Virus record (IMG/VR): IMGVR_UViG_3300037962_000290
Coordinates: 1-52,455 of that record
Strand: one strand, 5' to 3'
Length of the DNA stretch: 52,455 nt
Source of the DNA: a virus
Lineage: Duplodnaviria > Caudoviricetes
In this document: piece after piece, positions 26,211 to 36,081 of the stretch
Layout of the letters: each line of letters begins with the position of its first letter
Position numbering within the stretch: the first letter of the stretch is position 1
Position numbers and translations under genes: made by a program
Notes under the pieces: model-generated
The model's input: only the letters and a program-made list of their open reading frames with translations
Told to the model about the DNA's origin: nothing
The model's database searches: none

Positions 26211-27443
26211 ATGGCAGAAAAGAATAAGAAATCAGTCACCCAAAAAGATGTTGACGGATTTGTTAAGTACATATTAACCCCACAAGCAGATTTAAACGCA
26301 CTCAGGCGTAGCGGCAATTTTTTCAAAATGGGTGATGAAAACCCAGATGACAATCCTCTTATTAAATATTACTTAGGTGTTGGTGGAATTGATGGTTACA
26401 ACCAACAAGTTATGCTTTTGCAAAATCCAAAATTTGCAGAAGATTTAACTCCATTACAAATTAAGACTATGTCTGAAGCTTTATATTTTGCTATTAATAA
26501 TCCGTTAATTTATGACGATCCTTACGCAAATCCTAGTATGTTTAGTAGAGACTTACCAAACAAAAAAATAGGTCCAGATTACTACATCAAAAATCCTGAA
26601 ATTCAAAATGATGTGCAATCCATATATGAATTATTTAAAGCTGGTGATATAACTAGACCAGAAGCATCCAGTAGAATAAGTGGTTTATTGTCACAATCTG
26701 CAGCAGGTGATTTACCAAATATAGTATTTAATGATTTAGATATGATAGCTTTTCGTGGTGATATTAGCGGCAACTTTATGGATAGCGGTATTCAAGATCG
26801 TTTTGATGCTAGAAAAGATATGAGTAGAATATTAAGTACAATTGACCCTTTGCTACAATATTCTTTGCCATTTAGCGCGTTTCAACAACCAGATGAAGTT
26901 AAGCGTGCAGGTATAACAAAAGCTAATAACGCTATGCAAATATTAGCTAGTTTTGGTTACGATAGACAAAAAGTAGCGGATGCTCTGGGTTTAAGCGTAG
27001 AAGCATTAGATATAATACTAGAGGGAACTATTGGAATGAAAGAGGTGTATAGATCTCCAGAATTAAAAGAGGTACCCACTCAAAGATTTGAAGCAGGGGA
27101 AGATATACCAGGATTTTCATATTACGGTGTTCCTGGCGAAGGTGCTATAGGTTATATTAGCCCAGAAGGTGTCAGAGACGACACTATCAGTATTATGTCA
27201 AATGAAGAGCTAAGAAGACAAGCAGCACAAGGTCTTGGTACAGGATTAGATCCAGCTGGAAAAGTCATATATCAAGAACGTGTTTACGGAACTGGTGACG
27301 ATACAAAATATTCATACAATTTTAGCCCAAAATTACTAGAAATTATTTCACAAAACCCAGACTTTAGTTTACAAGGTTTAAATCCAGTTGATTATGGCTT
27401 AGAAATGCGTTACTTACCTAAAGAACAAGGAGTATCTAATTAA
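26211..27443 (+). CDS. Hypothetical protein, first of the late operon (possible internal virion protein)
   Basis: GGAG RBS supports ATG 26211 (MAEKNKK) rather than 26115. Confidence 0.7.
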   Translation: MAEKNKKSVTQKDVDGFVKYILTPQADLNALRRSGNFFKMGDENPDDNPLIKYYLGVGGIDGYNQQVMLLQNPKFAEDLTPLQIKTMSEALYFAINNPLIYDDPYANPSMFSRDLPNKKIGPDYYIKNPEIQNDVQSIYELFKAGDITRPEASSRISGLLSQSAAGDLPNIVFNDLDMIAFRGDISGNFMDSGIQDRFDARKDMSRILSTIDPLLQYSLPFSAFQQPDEVKRAGITKANNAMQILASFGYDRQKVADALGLSVEALDIILEGTIGMKEVYRSPELKEVPTQRFEAGEDIPGFSYYGVPGEGAIGYISPEGVRDDTISIMSNEELRRQAAQGLGTGLDPAGKVIYQERVYGTGDDTKYSYNFSPKLLEIISQNPDFSLQGLNPVDYGLEMRYLPKEQGVSN

Positions 27444-28180
27444 TGTTACCTGAAGAACAAGCTATGCAAATGCCTATGCAAGGCAATATGATGCAACCAC
27501 AAATGCCTATGGATGAAGTTAGTCAGATGGAGGTGCAAGAGGCTCAAGAGGGATTAATGCAAATATTACAAGTTATTGAAACTTTAGTGCAACAAGGCTT
27601 AAGTGAAGACGAAATACTTGCACTTTTAGCACAATACGGTATTACTGAGGCTGAACTAGAGCAAGCAGCTCAAGTATTAGGCGTAGATATAGAGCAGTTA
27701 TTAGGTGGCGCACAAATGGAGCAACCGCAAATGGAAGCTCCACAACAGCCTATGATGATGGCTAATGGTGGAGCATTATCAAGTCAAGATACAGGTATAA
27801 TAAATTCTGCTTTAAATACTATAAAAGAAGAAGTAGAAAAAAATGCTAGATTCAAAGATATTTCTGCAAACATGCCTATGTATGATCAATATCAATTACA
27901 ACAATTTGTTGAAAAACAAAATGCTACGGATAGACCATTTATTGCTCGTCCATTTTATGAAGATATATTGGAAGCTAGAACATCAGATGAACAAATATTT
28001 TCTTTAAATGCTAGAATTAACAATCTTATGACATCCTACGATATGTTGGTTAGAAATAAAGAATTTGATAGAGCACAAGAGGTAGCAGATCAAATTGATG
28101 AAGTCCAACAACAAATTATTGCTATTCAGTCACAAAATGTCCCACAAATGGGTATGGGATTAGGTCAAAAAAAAAACTAA
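27443..28180 (+). CDS. Gln/Met-rich acidic protein ending at a slippery A-tract
   Basis: TAATG coupling; MANGG motif; ends CAA AAA AAA AAC TAA. Confidence 0.75.
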   Translation: MLPEEQAMQMPMQGNMMQPQMPMDEVSQMEVQEAQEGLMQILQVIETLVQQGLSEDEILALLAQYGITEAELEQAAQVLGVDIEQLLGGAQMEQPQMEAPQQPMMMANGGALSSQDTGIINSALNTIKEEVEKNARFKDISANMPMYDQYQLQQFVEKQNATDRPFIARPFYEDILEARTSDEQIFSLNARINNLMTSYDMLVRNKEFDRAQEVADQIDEVQQQIIAIQSQNVPQMGMGLGQKKN

Positions 28181-29985
28181 ATTTTAGTGCTGGTGGATCA
28201 ACAGATATTGGTTCAATAACTCCAAGTACAAATAATAACTTAAATATAGGTAATATAGGTGCTGGTCTTGCATTATCTCAATTTTTACCCACTTCTACAG
28301 CTTTAAATTTAGCAAATAAAATAAATTTAACCCCAGCTCAATCTGCTTATTTAGCTAGTATGTTTGCACCTGGCTCAGGTGTTATAGATGCTTCTGGACA
28401 GTTTCCATCTTTTCCTGGTCGAGACGTTCCTTTAGAACAGGCATTTGCTGGTGAACCTATGCCAAGCATTAAAGAAAATATAGCAGCAGGCGGTATAGAT
28501 AGATATCTATTTGCACCATTACAAGGTTTGGGGGTTTTAAGCGATGCAGCTTATGGCATACCTGTAGCAGGACCACTTATTGCTAGCGGTCTTAAAACTC
28601 CTCTCGTACTAGCTAGTATGGTTTCTGGAATAGCTAAAGCTGGCAAATCAAGTAAATCTTTACCAATACAAAAAGAAATGTTTAGGATTCAAGGGGATGT
28701 ACAAAATAAATTAAACCCAACGCTCAAATATGATTTAGAAGGTATCCCGATAAATTATGAAAAATTAACAGAAGGCCAAAAAAAACGCAGAGGATATTCT
28801 TATGAACAAAAATATAATCAAATAGCTTTAAATGTAGACGAAATAGATGAAATAGCAGATTGGGTTAGTGGAGATTTAAGCAAAAAAAATAAATCTCAAG
28901 AGTATTTAGAAGATATAAATCCATTTATTGAAAATTTAGAAAAAACTGGATTAACATCTAATTCACAAGCTTTTTTACGTCAGTTTGCTGATAAGAATGG
29001 CAACATTAAAGTATACAGATATCTTAGTATAGGTGAAGGTGGTGGGAAAAAGCTCATGCCAGAAAAAGGTATAGTAAGCACTACCATAAATCCAAATCAT
29101 GCTGTAGAACAAGGATTAATTGAAAAGACAAAAAATATTACTGTAGCTACAAAAGATTATGTGCAACCTGATATGATGGCAGATCCATTTGAAAAACAAA
29201 TAGCATTTGAAAAAGCATTAAAAGAAGGTACTTTAAAAAGAAAAAAATTAATACGTGATACTTATATATTAGAGTACGATATACCTGTAGAAAAAGTTAA
29301 AGGTTATATGCCTGCTGTATATGCATCAATACCTGAAAGAGCTAAAGATAATTATGTTCGTAACATTGCTGAAGATAATTATGAAGTTGACCAAATAATG
29401 GAGGAATTAGCAGAGTATTCAGATGTGGATGTAGAAGATATTGCGAGAGATGACGCAATAGATGAAGTAATTCGTAAGTATCAATTACGAGAAGATTTAG
29501 ACTATAGTATACATGCGCCTGACGAGTTTGAAGTAATAGCTAATTTAAAAAATGTTAAACCAACTGCAACATATAAAGTGTCTGATAAAAATACAATCGA
29601 GGCTGTTAAAGGATTAAAAGGAGGCGGTGAGGTAAGTTCTATATCAAATGTTGGGTCCATAACCCCTATACCTCCATCAGAAATGCGTGAGGCTTTTGGT
29701 GGTCCTTTTTATCAGATGATGAATCCTGGTGCTCAACGTATGGTTGATGCTATGGGTTTACGTGGTGCGGGCATGAAAGGATTGTTATCTGAAGCTATAG
29801 GACCAGGAGGTAAATTTAAGCTAAGTAAGGCTGCTATGGCTAAAATAAAACCTTTATTACAGCAAAGAAAAAGAGAGTTAGACTTATCTACTAATTATGA
29901 TGCAGTAGAAAGAACAGCCGCACAAAATAGAGTCAAACAAATTGAAAAACAAATAGATAAAATAATAGCAGATGACCAATCCTAA
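28177..29985 (+). CDS. Probable -1 frameshift extension containing an ADP-ribosyltransferase-like domain (annotated ORF 28360-29985)
   Basis: Frame open from 28102 with no ATG until 28360; VYR, STT and EFE motifs. Confidence 0.55.
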   Translation, partial: LNFSAGGSTDIGSITPSTNNNLNIGNIGAGLALSQFLPTSTALNLANKINLTPAQSAYLASMFAPGSGVIDASGQFPSFPGRDVPLEQAFAGEPMPSIKENIAAGGIDRYLFAPLQGLGVLSDAAYGIPVAGPLIASGLKTPLVLASMVSGIAKAGKSSKSLPIQKEMFRIQGDVQNKLNPTLKYDLEGIPINYEKLTEGQKKRRGYSYEQKYNQIALNVDEIDEIADWVSGDLSKKNKSQEYLEDINPFIENLEKTGLTSNSQAFLRQFADKNGNIKVYRYLSIGEGGGKKLMPEKGIVSTTINPNHAVEQGLIEKTKNITVATKDYVQPDMMADPFEKQIAFEKALKEGTLKRKKLIRDTYILEYDIPVEKVKGYMPAVYASIPERAKDNYVRNIAEDNYEVDQIMEELAEYSDVDVEDIARDDAIDEVIRKYQLREDLDYSIHAPDEFEVIANLKNVKPTATYKVSDKNTIEAVKGLKGGGEVSSISNVGSITPIPPSEMREAFGGPFYQMMNPGAQRMVDAMGLRGAGMKGLLSEAIGPGGKFKLSKAAMAKIKPLLQQRKRELDLSTNYDAVERTAAQNRVKQIEKQIDKIIADDQS

Positions 29986-31441
29986 TTTTTCGCATTTATC
30001 TGATTCAGAAATACGCGAAACTCTTATGTTGCAAGAGCGTCTTGCTCTAATAGAACAGCAAAATAAATGTCAAGAATCTTTTTTGGATTTTGTTAATTAC
30101 ATGTGGCCAGAGTTTATTTGTGGCAGACACCATAAAATTTTTGCACAAAAGTTAGAAGAAGTTGCTAATGGTACTTGTAAACGTTTGATTGTTAATATGC
30201 CACCAAGACACACCAAGTCTGAGTTTTGCTCCACCTATTTCCCTGCTTGGATTATGGGTAAACAGCCCAACCGTAAAATAATGCAGACCACTCATACAGG
30301 CGAGCTAGCTGTAAGGTTTGGTCGTAAAGTTAGAAACATGATGGATACCGAAGAATATAAAAAAATATTTAGTAAGGTAGAACTACAAGCCGATTCAAAG
30401 TCTGCAGGACGTTGGGAAACTAACAAAGGGGGCGAATATTTCGCAGCAGGTGTAGGTGGAGCTATAACAGGTCGTGGTGCTGATTTGTTAATTATTGACG
30501 ATCCACACTCAGAACAAGATGCACTTAGTCCTACAGCTATGGAGGCATGTTGGGAATGGTACACCTCTGGACCTAGACAACGTTTACAACCAGGCGGAGC
30601 TATCATATTGGTTATGACTAGGTGGAGTTCACTAGATCTTACAGAAAAGTTATTAGAGGCGCAAAAGGAAGAGTTAGCTGACCAGTGGGATATTGTAGAG
30701 TTTCCTGCTATTTTTGAGGATTCTGGTAATCCTTTGTGGCCTGAGTTTTGGAATATAGACGAACTTAGTAAAGTAAAAGCTTCACTCCCTACACAAAAAT
30801 GGAACGCCCAGTGGATGCAAACCCCAACTGCAGAAGAAGGTTCTATAATTAAACGTGAGTGGTGGAACGCTTGGGAATATGATTCCTTGCCGCCTGTAAA
30901 ATATATTATTCAAAGTTATGATACTGCCTACAGTAAAAAGCAAAATAGTGACTACTCTGCTATTTCTACTTGGGGTGTATTTAATCCTACACCTGATGAC
31001 CCAGATTCTATTATTTTGCTAGATGCACAAAAGGGTAGGTGGGACTTTCCTGAATTAAAACGGGTAGCTTACGAAGAATATAAGTATTGGGATCCTGACA
31101 TGACTTTGGTTGAAGCAAAAGCATCTGGTACGCCACTTACACATGAATTGCGTAGATTAGGTATTCCTGTCGTAAATTACTCTCCGACCAGAGGACACGA
31201 CAAATCAACGAGGATGCACTCTGTTGCACCTATATTTGAATCTGGGTTAGTGTGGGCACCACAAAAAAAGTTTGCAGAAGATATGATTGAAGAATGTGCA
31301 GCCTTTCCTTTTGGTAAAAATGACGATTTATGTGATACTATGTCTCAAGCCCTAATGCGTTTTAGGGAGGGCGGTCTGGTTTCGCTACATGATGATTATG
31401 CAGACGAAGAAAGAGCGGTAATTAAAAGAGCGTATTACTGA
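29972..31441 (+). CDS. terL: Terminase large subunit
   Basis: NMPPRHTKSE, GRGADLLIIDDPH, QSYDTAY, VEAKASG, FPFGKNDDLCD. Confidence 0.97.
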   Translation: MTNPNFSHLSDSEIRETLMLQERLALIEQQNKCQESFLDFVNYMWPEFICGRHHKIFAQKLEEVANGTCKRLIVNMPPRHTKSEFCSTYFPAWIMGKQPNRKIMQTTHTGELAVRFGRKVRNMMDTEEYKKIFSKVELQADSKSAGRWETNKGGEYFAAGVGGAITGRGADLLIIDDPHSEQDALSPTAMEACWEWYTSGPRQRLQPGGAIILVMTRWSSLDLTEKLLEAQKEELADQWDIVEFPAIFEDSGNPLWPEFWNIDELSKVKASLPTQKWNAQWMQTPTAEEGSIIKREWWNAWEYDSLPPVKYIIQSYDTAYSKKQNSDYSAISTWGVFNPTPDDPDSIILLDAQKGRWDFPELKRVAYEEYKYWDPDMTLVEAKASGTPLTHELRRLGIPVVNYSPTRGHDKSTRMHSVAPIFESGLVWAPQKKFAEDMIEECAAFPFGKNDDLCDTMSQALMRFREGGLVSLHDDYADEERAVIKRAYY

Positions 31442-31761
31442 TGACAGTAGAAAATTTTGAAAAAGACAATACATTCAATAAAAATTTTTCTTTTTTAAAA
31501 AATTGGCATGAAGAAAATTACACTTTATTACCAAAAGGTAGTAAAAACAAAGACACTTCTATGCAGTTAGGTACGTTTGAGTTTGATGGTATTACATATA
31601 TTTTACCAACTTATAAAAAAGGTAAAGGTAAGATTGGATCTAATGAGTTTTTAGATGAAATTAAGACTGGCAAAATATTAGGATATAATTCTGACAGTGC
31701 TGCACAAAAAGATCTTGAAAAAATTAGAGCAAAAATTTTAGGTAAGCAAAATGGCAATTGA
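31441..31761 (+). CDS. Hypothetical protein between terL and portal
   Basis: TGATG coupling; overlaps the portal start. Confidence 0.6.
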   Translation: MTVENFEKDNTFNKNFSFLKNWHEENYTLLPKGSKNKDTSMQLGTFEFDGITYILPTYKKGKGKIGSNEFLDEIKTGKILGYNSDSAAQKDLEKIRAKILGKQNGN

Positions 31762-34213
31762 AAAACAAGACAATACCCCAGAACCAATAGATTCTTTACA
31801 AGGTACTGAAGATATGACGGTTGCTGTGGAGGCAATAGAAGAAGCAAACGAAGAGGAATTTGAATTACAAGAAGACGGTAGTGCTATTTTAGGTGGTATG
31901 GATGACATGCCAATAGATGATGGCTTTGGATCTAATTTAGCTGAGTTTTTGGACGACAACCAACTAAATACAATATCTATAGAATTAACAGCAGGTATTG
32001 AAAAAGATAAATCCTCCAGAGAAGACTGGGAAAAAACTTATACAGACGGTCTTAAATACCTAGGCATGAAGTTTGACCAAGAAAGGTCAGAGCCTTTTGC
32101 TGGTGCATCTGGTGTCATACATCCCTTGTTAGGTGAAGCTGTCACAAATTTCCAAGCTCAAGCCTACAAAGAGTTATTACCTTCAGGTGGTCCCGTAAAA
32201 ACTCAAGTAGTTGGCAAATATGATTCAATAGTAGAAGAACAAGCGCAAAGAGTTGCTGATTTTATGAACTATCAAATTGTGCATGTTATGGAAGAGTTTG
32301 ATGAAGAGTTAGATCAAATGCTTTTTTATCTACCACTAGCAGGTTCAGCGTTTAAAAAAATATATTATGATGAAAACCTTGGTCGTGCTGTATCTAAATT
32401 TATAGCACCAGAGGATTTAATTGTCCCTTATTTTTCAACTGACCTAGAAACCTGTCCTAGAATAACAAATGTAGTAAAAATGCCTGAAAATGAGCTCAAA
32501 AAGCTGCAAGCTATAGGTTTTTACAAGAAAGTTGACGTAAGTAATAGTTATTCTCCTGAAAATAGTCAAGTACAAGAAGAAATAGATGAGTTATCAGGCC
32601 TTGAACCTAGTTATGATCTGGGTGAAGTATCTGTTTTATACGAAGTCCACTGTAATTTAGATATAGATGGTTTTGAAGATGTGGATGAAAACGGTAACAT
32701 GACTGGTGTAAAGCTACCTTATATCGTAACTATAGATGCTAGTAGTAATAGTGTCTTAAGTATTTACCGTAATTATGCAGAAAATGATCCTTTACGTAAA
32801 AAAATAGAGTATTTTGTGCACTTTAAGTTTTTACCTGGCCTAGGATTCTATGGATTTGGCCTAACACACATGATAGGCGGTCTTTCAAAGGCTTCTACAA
32901 GCATATTAAGGCAGTTAATTGACGCTGGTACCCTTGCAAACTTACCTGCAGGATTTAAAACGCGTGGAATTAGAATTAGAGACGAAGATACACCATTACA
33001 ACCAGGTGAATTTAGAGATGTTGATGCTCCAGGTGGTATTTTAGGGCAAGCTATACAGCCATTACCTTTTAAAGAGCCTAGTCAAACACTTTTAAGCTTA
33101 TTAAATTTATTGGTAAATGCAGGCCAAAGGTTTGCATCTATTGCTGAAATAAACGTAGGTCAAGGCAATCCAAATGCCCCTGTTGGAACAACACTAGCCT
33201 TGCTTGAAAGATCTACAAAAGTTTTGTCTGCCATACATAAAAGACTACATAACTCACAAAAGAAAGAATTTCGTATTCTAGCTAATGTATTTCAAGAATA
33301 TTTACCGCAAGAGTATCCGTATAACGTAGCAAATGCTAATAACAGTATTAAATTAACTGATTTTGATGAAAGAGTTGATATTTTTCCAATATCTAATCCA
33401 GATATATTTAGTCAATCACAACGTATTGCTATGGCACAAGAAATGATGCAATTAGTGCAATCTAACCCAGAAGTACACGGCGCAGCAGGTATTTATGAGT
33501 CATACAAGCGTATGTATGCTGCAATTGGAGTAGATAATATAGAACAAATATTAATGCCGCCGCCATCAACTGAACCACAACCACAAGAAGCTGGTTTTGA
33601 AAATAACGCATTATTACTGGGTAATCCTGCTAAGGCTTTTCCAGAACAAAACCATGACGCACATGTTGCAACACACATGAGTTTGTTAAATACACCTCCT
33701 GTTCAAATGAACGCACAGGTACAAGCTTTAATACATGCACATATTATGGAGCATTTACAAATGAAAGCTGATATTGTAGCCCAGCAACAAATGCCACCAG
33801 AGGCTATGCAACAGTTCCAACAGTTACAACAGCAAGCTCAACAAGTTAGCCCAGCTGAACAGCAAGCTATTATGCGAGAGGCTAATAATTTGTTAGCACA
33901 ATTTTCTGCTCCAATCATGTCTCAGCTTATTGCCGAATATACATCTAAAATAGCATCTCCTGATGACGAAGATCCATTAGTAGCTATAAGAAAACAAGAG
34001 TTAGCTTTAAAAGGACAGGAATTGGCTATGGAGCAGCAACAATTTATAGCACAAGAAAATAGAAAAGCACAAGACGCTGCAACCAGAGCTCAAATAGATC
34101 GAGAAAGAATTGACGCATCAGAAGAAATAGCTGAAATGCGTGATGAAACAGCTAGAGCTAGACTAGATCAACAACGTGAATTTAAAAATTTAGATATACT
34201 TACTAGAAATTAA
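31751..34213 (+). CDS. Portal protein (P22-like long portal)
   Basis: 820 aa downstream of terL; HPLLGEAV, GSAFKKIYYD, PGLGFYGFGL; long C-terminal coiled coil. Confidence 0.9.
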   Translation: MAIEKQDNTPEPIDSLQGTEDMTVAVEAIEEANEEEFELQEDGSAILGGMDDMPIDDGFGSNLAEFLDDNQLNTISIELTAGIEKDKSSREDWEKTYTDGLKYLGMKFDQERSEPFAGASGVIHPLLGEAVTNFQAQAYKELLPSGGPVKTQVVGKYDSIVEEQAQRVADFMNYQIVHVMEEFDEELDQMLFYLPLAGSAFKKIYYDENLGRAVSKFIAPEDLIVPYFSTDLETCPRITNVVKMPENELKKLQAIGFYKKVDVSNSYSPENSQVQEEIDELSGLEPSYDLGEVSVLYEVHCNLDIDGFEDVDENGNMTGVKLPYIVTIDASSNSVLSIYRNYAENDPLRKKIEYFVHFKFLPGLGFYGFGLTHMIGGLSKASTSILRQLIDAGTLANLPAGFKTRGIRIRDEDTPLQPGEFRDVDAPGGILGQAIQPLPFKEPSQTLLSLLNLLVNAGQRFASIAEINVGQGNPNAPVGTTLALLERSTKVLSAIHKRLHNSQKKEFRILANVFQEYLPQEYPYNVANANNSIKLTDFDERVDIFPISNPDIFSQSQRIAMAQEMMQLVQSNPEVHGAAGIYESYKRMYAAIGVDNIEQILMPPPSTEPQPQEAGFENNALLLGNPAKAFPEQNHDAHVATHMSLLNTPPVQMNAQVQALIHAHIMEHLQMKADIVAQQQMPPEAMQQFQQLQQQAQQVSPAEQQAIMREANNLLAQFSAPIMSQLIAEYTSKIASPDDEDPLVAIRKQELALKGQELAMEQQQFIAQENRKAQDAATRAQIDRERIDASEEIAEMRDETARARLDQQREFKNLDILTRN

Positions 34214-34216
34214 TAG

Positions 34217-34245
34217 TTGCAAAATTTAATTTAAGTATTCATAAT
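34217..34245 (+). promoter_or_regulatory. Sigma70-like promoter
   Basis: TTGCAA-17-CATAAT just upstream of ATG 34253 (near-leaderless). Confidence 0.45.
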
Positions 34246-34252
34246 ACCAAAC

Positions 34253-34459
34253 ATGATTAAAAGAACAGAAATCAATCAACAAAAAACACCTACTGTGATG
34301 AAAAATAAAAATCCTTACAGTAACAAAGGCAGCGTGTCTTTGAAAACAAACCAAGGAACTTTTGATACAAATGTAAAACCTAAGCCTGGTATGGGCAAAG
34401 GCAAAGCTAGAGGCATGGGTATTGCAGAGTTTGGCGGTAAGTTTTCTGGTGTTTATTGA
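34253..34459 (+). CDS. Small basic protein with C-terminal ARGMGIA motif
   Basis: Lys-rich; motif shared with the 40273 and 40587 proteins. Confidence 0.7.
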   Translation: MIKRTEINQQKTPTVMKNKNPYSNKGSVSLKTNQGTFDTNVKPKPGMGKGKARGMGIAEFGGKFSGVY

Positions 34460-34668
34460 TGGATGCGGTTTGGCTTGCTAAAAAGTTTTTAAAAGAAATA
34501 GAAGCAAGGCGAGAAGACACTAAAGATGCTATGTTAGCAGGCTGTAGTGATTTTTCTCAGTACGAGTTTTTGCGTGGGCGGTACAGTTCTCTCGCTGACG
34601 CAGAAAATATATTTAGAGAGCTGCTAGGGAAAAACATACAAGATGACATCAAAGATACAGGTACCTGA
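34459..34668 (+). CDS. Conserved small head-module protein
   Basis: GCSDFSQYEFLRG pattern; located between portal and groES. Confidence 0.7.
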   Translation: MDAVWLAKKFLKEIEARREDTKDAMLAGCSDFSQYEFLRGRYSSLADAENIFRELLGKNIQDDIKDTGT

Positions 34669-35158
34669 CCACGTAGCCAAGTCAATAGAAGCAGAACAAA
34701 AACACAAAGAACAACAAGAACAAGAAATTTCGCAAACAGCAGAGGTTGAAGAAAATAATGAAAATTCAGCCTACGTATCACAATCAGCGAGAGTTTTAGA
34801 TCCAACGTTATTAGAAAAATCATTTTTAGACCGTATGCCACAACCTACAGGGTGGAGGATATTAATCTTGCCCTATAAAGGCAAAGCGGTTACTGAAGGT
34901 GGAATACACTTAGTTCAACAAACAGTAGACAGAGAATCTTTGGCTACGGTTGTTGGTTATGTGGTAAAAATGGGTCCTGATTGCTATAAGGATGCAAGTA
35001 AATTTGATAATCCCTGGTGTCAGGAAAAACAATGGGTATTGATAGGTAGATATGCTGGAGCTAGATTTAGACTTGGTGACGAGTCTGAGTGCCGTATCAT
35101 AAATGATGATGAGGTTATAGCGACTATATTAGACCCTGACGATATTCTTGCAGTATAA
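34643..35158 (+). CDS. groES: GroES-like co-chaperonin with N-terminal extension
   Basis: PTGWRILI, TEGGIHL mobile loop, VVKMGPD, RYAG, RIINDDEVIA. Confidence 0.9.
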   Translation: MTSKIQVPDHVAKSIEAEQKHKEQQEQEISQTAEVEENNENSAYVSQSARVLDPTLLEKSFLDRMPQPTGWRILILPYKGKAVTEGGIHLVQQTVDRESLATVVGYVVKMGPDCYKDASKFDNPWCQEKQWVLIGRYAGARFRLGDESECRIINDDEVIATILDPDDILAV

Positions 35159-35167
35159 GGAGAAAAA

Positions 35168-36076
35168 ATGTCTGAAGAAGCAGTAAAAAACGAAGAAATA
35201 GTTGAAGAGGGTGAAATAGTAGAACTAGAAGATAGTGTTGAGTCTACTGATGCACCTGAAGAACAAACTGAATTAGTACAAAGTAAAGACAACAATAATG
35301 TTGAATCTGAAGTCGAATCTGATAAAGAAGAATTACAAGACTATTCAGATAAAGTACAAAAAAGAATAAATACACTAACTAGAAAGCTAAGAGAGGCTGA
35401 AAGAGGTCAAGACTCTGCTTTGCAGTATGCTCAATCATTACAGCAAAAAGTTAGTAGACTTGAAACTTCTGTAAATACAGTTCAACAAAATAGCTTATCA
35501 GAATCAGAAACTAGATTAGAAGCACAAAAAGCACAAGCTATGGCATCTTTACAAAAAGCACATGAAGTTGCTGATTACGAAAAAGTTGCACAAGCTCAAG
35601 ATGTTTTAGCTAAATTAGCAGTGCAAGAGCAAAAAGTGCAAGAGGGTAAATTAAATATTGCAAGACAAAAAAATTTAGTAAATCAAAATGTACAAAACTA
35701 TGTACAACCACAAGTTCAACAACAAAGTACCTTTTCTCCTAAAATGCAAGAATGGATTGATAATGGTAACGGGTGGTTTTTAAACAACCCAGTTATGCAC
35801 GAAAGTGGCGTTCAAATACATCAAGAGTTAGAGGACGAGGGTTTTGTAATTGAAAGTGATGAATATTTTACTGAGGTCAACAAAAGAATTAAGGCTAAAC
35901 ACCCTGATTATTTTGGAGAATCAGCTCAATCTAAGCCATCACAAAAGGTTGCTTCAGCTGGTAGAGTAAGCGGTAACTCTGGTAAAAAACAGATAAAACT
36001 GTCTCCAAGTGAAGTTCAAATGGCAAAAAAATTAAACGTACCTTTGAAAGAGTACGCAAAATATGTTAAAAGGTAA
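35168..36076 (+). CDS. Capsid scaffolding protein
   Basis: Acidic N-terminus; VQKRINTLT coiled coil; C-terminal LSPSEVQMAKKLNVPLKEYAK. Confidence 0.75.
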   Translation: MSEEAVKNEEIVEEGEIVELEDSVESTDAPEEQTELVQSKDNNNVESEVESDKEELQDYSDKVQKRINTLTRKLREAERGQDSALQYAQSLQQKVSRLETSVNTVQQNSLSESETRLEAQKAQAMASLQKAHEVADYEKVAQAQDVLAKLAVQEQKVQEGKLNIARQKNLVNQNVQNYVQPQVQQQSTFSPKMQEWIDNGNGWFLNNPVMHESGVQIHQELEDEGFVIESDEYFTEVNKRIKAKHPDYFGESAQSKPSQKVASAGRVSGNSGKKQIKLSPSEVQMAKKLNVPLKEYAKYVKR

Positions 36077-36081
36077 TAGTT

